Assembly (NCBI RefSeq): GCF_036971445.1
Contig: NC_091470.1
Coordinates: 108,872,001-108,936,000, forward strand
DNA length: 64,000 bases
Direction of reading: 5' to 3'
DNA from: Narcine bancroftii
Lineage: Eukaryota
The position numbers and the translations under genes are program-made. The notes beneath the pieces were generated by a model. That model was given only the letters and a program-made list of their open reading frames with translations. It was not told the DNA's origin and ran no database searches. Below, piece by piece: positions 60,755 to 64,000 of this stretch; within the stretch, counting starts at the first letter, position 1, and each line of letters starts with the position of its first letter.

Positions 60755-63700
60755 ATGGCTACGTTGAACTATATGACTTTAAATATTAATGGAATACATA
60801 ACCAAATTAAAAGGAAGAAACTGCTAAATTTACTGAAAAAAGAAAAAATTGATATAGCATTTGTGCAAGAAACACATTTAACTGAATTGAAGCACAAGAA
60901 ATTAAAGAGAGATTGGGTAGGACACATAACAGCAGCATCGTATAATTCAAAAGCAAGAGGAGTAGCTATATTAATTAGTAAAAATGTGCCATTTAAAATA
61001 GAAGAGGAAATAATAGATCCAGCAGGGAGATATGTAATGATAAAATGTCAGATATATTCGGAGTTTTGGAATCTACTCAATGTATATTCACCTAACGAAG
61101 AAGATCAAAAGTTTATGCAAGATATCTTTTTGAAGGTAGCAGATACGCAAGGGAACATATTAATAGGAGGGGATTTCAACCTGAATTTGGATTCAAATAT
61201 GGACAAAACTGGGAAAAAATTAACAGAAAGAATAAAGTAACCAAATTTATAATTAAATCGATGGAAGAAATGCAACTTTTGGATATATGGAGGAAACAAC
61301 ACCCAAAGGAAAAGGAATATTCATATTACTCGGCTAGACATAAAACATACTCAAGAATAGACCTATTTTTGTTATCAGCTCGTATGCAAGATAGAGTAAG
61401 AAAAACAGAATATAAAGCTAGAATACTATCGGACCATTCACCCTTAATATTGACAGTAAAGTTAGAGGACATCCCTCCAAGAATGTATAGATGGAGATTA
61501 AACCCCATGTTACTTAAAAGGCAGGATTTTAGAGAATTTATTGAAAAACAAATAAAAATGTATTTTGAAATAAATACGGAATCAGTGGAAGATAAGTTTA
61601 TACTATGGGATGCAATGAAAGCATTCATTAGAAGGCAAATAATAAGTTAAGTAACCAAGATGAAGAAGGACTATAATCAGGAAACAGAGCAGTTGGAAAG
61701 GGAAATAGTAAATATAGAAAAAGAATTAGCAATGAAGGAAGATACAACTAAAAGAAGAGAATTGGCGGATAAAAAAATAAAATATGAAACACTACAAACA
61801 TATAAGGTGGAGAAGAATATAATGAAGACAAAACAGAAATATTATGAACTAGGTGAGAAAACGCACAAAATCCTAGCATGGCAGCTTAAGACAGAACAAG
61901 CTAAGAAAATGGTATTGGCATCAAGGAAAAAAGACAAACAAATTACATATAATCCAAAAGAAATTAAGGAAAACTTTAGAGAATTCTATGAACAATTATA
62001 CCGAACTGAAAACGAAGGGAAAGAAGGGAAGATAGAGGAATTTCTAACTAAAATTGAACTACCAAAACTACAAATAGAGGAACAAAATAAATTAACAGAG
62101 CCATTTGGAATAGTAGAAATACAAGAGATAATAAAAAAATTACCAAATAATAAGACACCAGGAGAGGATGGATTCCCAATAGAATTCTACAAAACATTTA
62201 AAGACTTATTAATTCCGGCCCTCCTGGAAGTAATCAACCAGATTGATAAAACACAAAGCTTACCAGATTCATGTAAAACAGCAATAATTACAGTAATACT
62301 AAAGCAAGGGAAAGATCCACTCTCACCAGCGTCATATAGACCAATATCTTTACTTAACACAGATTATAAGATAATAGCTAAACTATTAGCAAACAGATTA
62401 TGTATGTACCGAAAATGGTAAATTTAGACCAAACTGGATTTATCAAAAAAAGACGCACAACAGACAATATTTGTAAATTTATTAACTTAATTCATGCAGT
62501 AGAAGGGAATAAAGCACCTACAGTAGCAGTTGCTTTAGACGCAGAGAAGGCCTTTGACAGAGTAGAATGGAATTATTTGTTCAAAGTATTGCAAAAATTC
62601 AGTTTACCGGAGAAGTATATTAATTGGATTAAAGCATTATATAAGGGACCGTTAGCGAAAGTGACAGTAAATGGACATGTATCAAAGCAATTTAACTTAA
62701 GCAGGTCAACATGGCAGGGATGCCCACTATCACCTTTATTGTTTGCGTTAGCTATAGAACCACTAGCAGAATTGATAAGAACAGATAATAATATAAAAGG
62801 AATAAAAATAAAAGACAAGGAATATAAAATCAGTTTATTTGCGGATGATATTATAGAGTACTTAACAGAAGCAGAACTATCAATAAAAGAATTATATAAG
62901 AAATTGAAGGAACATGGAGAAGTGTCGGGTTACAAGATAAACGTAAATAAAAGTGAAGCAATGCCTATGAATAATGCGGATTTCTCAAAATTTAAGAAGG
63001 AATCACCATTTAGATGGCAAATGCAAGCAATAAGATACCTAGGTGTACAAATAAACAAAAATCTCGGCCAACTATATAAACTCAATTATTATCCACTAAT
63101 GAAAAAAATTACAGGACGATTTAGAGCATTGGAAATATTTACCACTAACACTAATAGGAAGGATAAACTGTATTAAAATGAACATTTTTCCAAGGATATT
63201 ATACTTATTTCAGGCATTGCCAATACAACTGACAGAGAAATTCTTCAAGGAGTTAAAGAAAATAATAAGGAAATTTTTATGGAGGGGGGGAAACCGAGGA
63301 TAGCACTAGATAAATTAACAGAATGGTATAAACAAGGAGGCTTACAACTGCCAAACTTTAAAAATTATTATAGAGCCGCACAATTAAGATACCTATCAGA
63401 TTTTTATCAAACAAGGGAAAAGCCAGATTGGACCAGATTAGAATTAGATAAAATAGGGGAAAAGATACCTGAACACATATTATATAAATGGGATGAAAAA
63501 TTGGTATAACATAGAAGTTCTCCAGTATTACATCATCTCCTCAATATTTGGAAGAAGATTCATGTAGAAAGAAATAAAACAAATTATCAATTACCAAAAC
63601 TAATATTGACGCAAAACAAGTTACTCCCTTTTACAATAGATAACCTTTCCTTTAGAGAATGGGAAAAAAAAGGGATTAAAAGAATAGAAAATTGTTTTTC

Positions 63701-64000
63701 AGGAAATAGATTCTTATCCTTTGAACAAATGAAAGATAAGTACAATATAACTCAAGATACAGCGCTGGCATATTACCAATTGAGATCCTACTTGAAGGAT
63801 AAATTAGGAAGCAGTTTGAGTTTGCCAGAGGGTAGTAACCTTGAATATGTGATTACAGATACAATGATAATCAAAAGATTTATAACAAATATGTATATTA
63901 AACTGCAAGAAAAGGAGAATGAGGAAACAAATGGTAAAACTAAACAAAAATGGGAACAAGATTTAAATATAAAGATAAAAAAGGAAACATGGGAGAAGTT
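60755..64000 (+). pseudogene. L1 ORF2 (endonuclease-RT), disrupted
   Basis: TLNINGI, VQETH, GGDFN, SRID, LSDHSP; KTPGEDG, YRPISLLN, LDAEKAFD, QGCPLSP, FADD, YLGV. Frameshifts near 61215, 62400, 63110 and 63280; stop at 61648. Confidence 0.92.

Larger units (their letters stand above)
58754..64000 (+). mobile_element. L1-clade LINE with 5' UTR, ORF1 and ORF2; lightly mutated; continues beyond the window
   Basis: Purine-rich sense strand; coiled-coil + RRM ORF1; APE endonuclease and RT in ORF2. Confidence 0.95.

Overview
Repeat-rich vertebrate genomic DNA. The repeat set (V-SINEs, Rex1/Babar, CR1, Penelope-derived repeats) suggests a cartilaginous fish, which is an inference. The only intact protein-coding genes I can reconstruct are two head-to-head beta-microseminoprotein (MSMB/PSP94 family) paralogues: gene A on the minus strand (4 exons, 38388->32863) and gene B on the plus strand (3 exons, 41045->43655), which lacks the canonical intron 2. 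Other large features: a ~12 kb 24-bp tandem array with higher-order structure (14500-26519), a decayed CsRn1-type Gypsy retrotransposon (27469-31400), a decayed CR1 (49714-53227) and an L1 that runs off the window end (58754-64000). There are also many LINE/SINE/MITE fragments, a Chapaev3 deletion derivative, LTR remnants and a 143-N gap just after gene B. Most notable: a Tigger/pogo-like MITE containing a patchwork of LINGO-gene coding fragments (56916-57436); the MSMB pair with conserved signal peptides but divergent mature domains; near-consensus oestrogen-response elements repeated through the satellite; and hammerhead-like cores in the Penelope-derived repeats. All calls were read by eye with no database searches, and TE boundaries are approximate unless a TSD or TIR is quoted.
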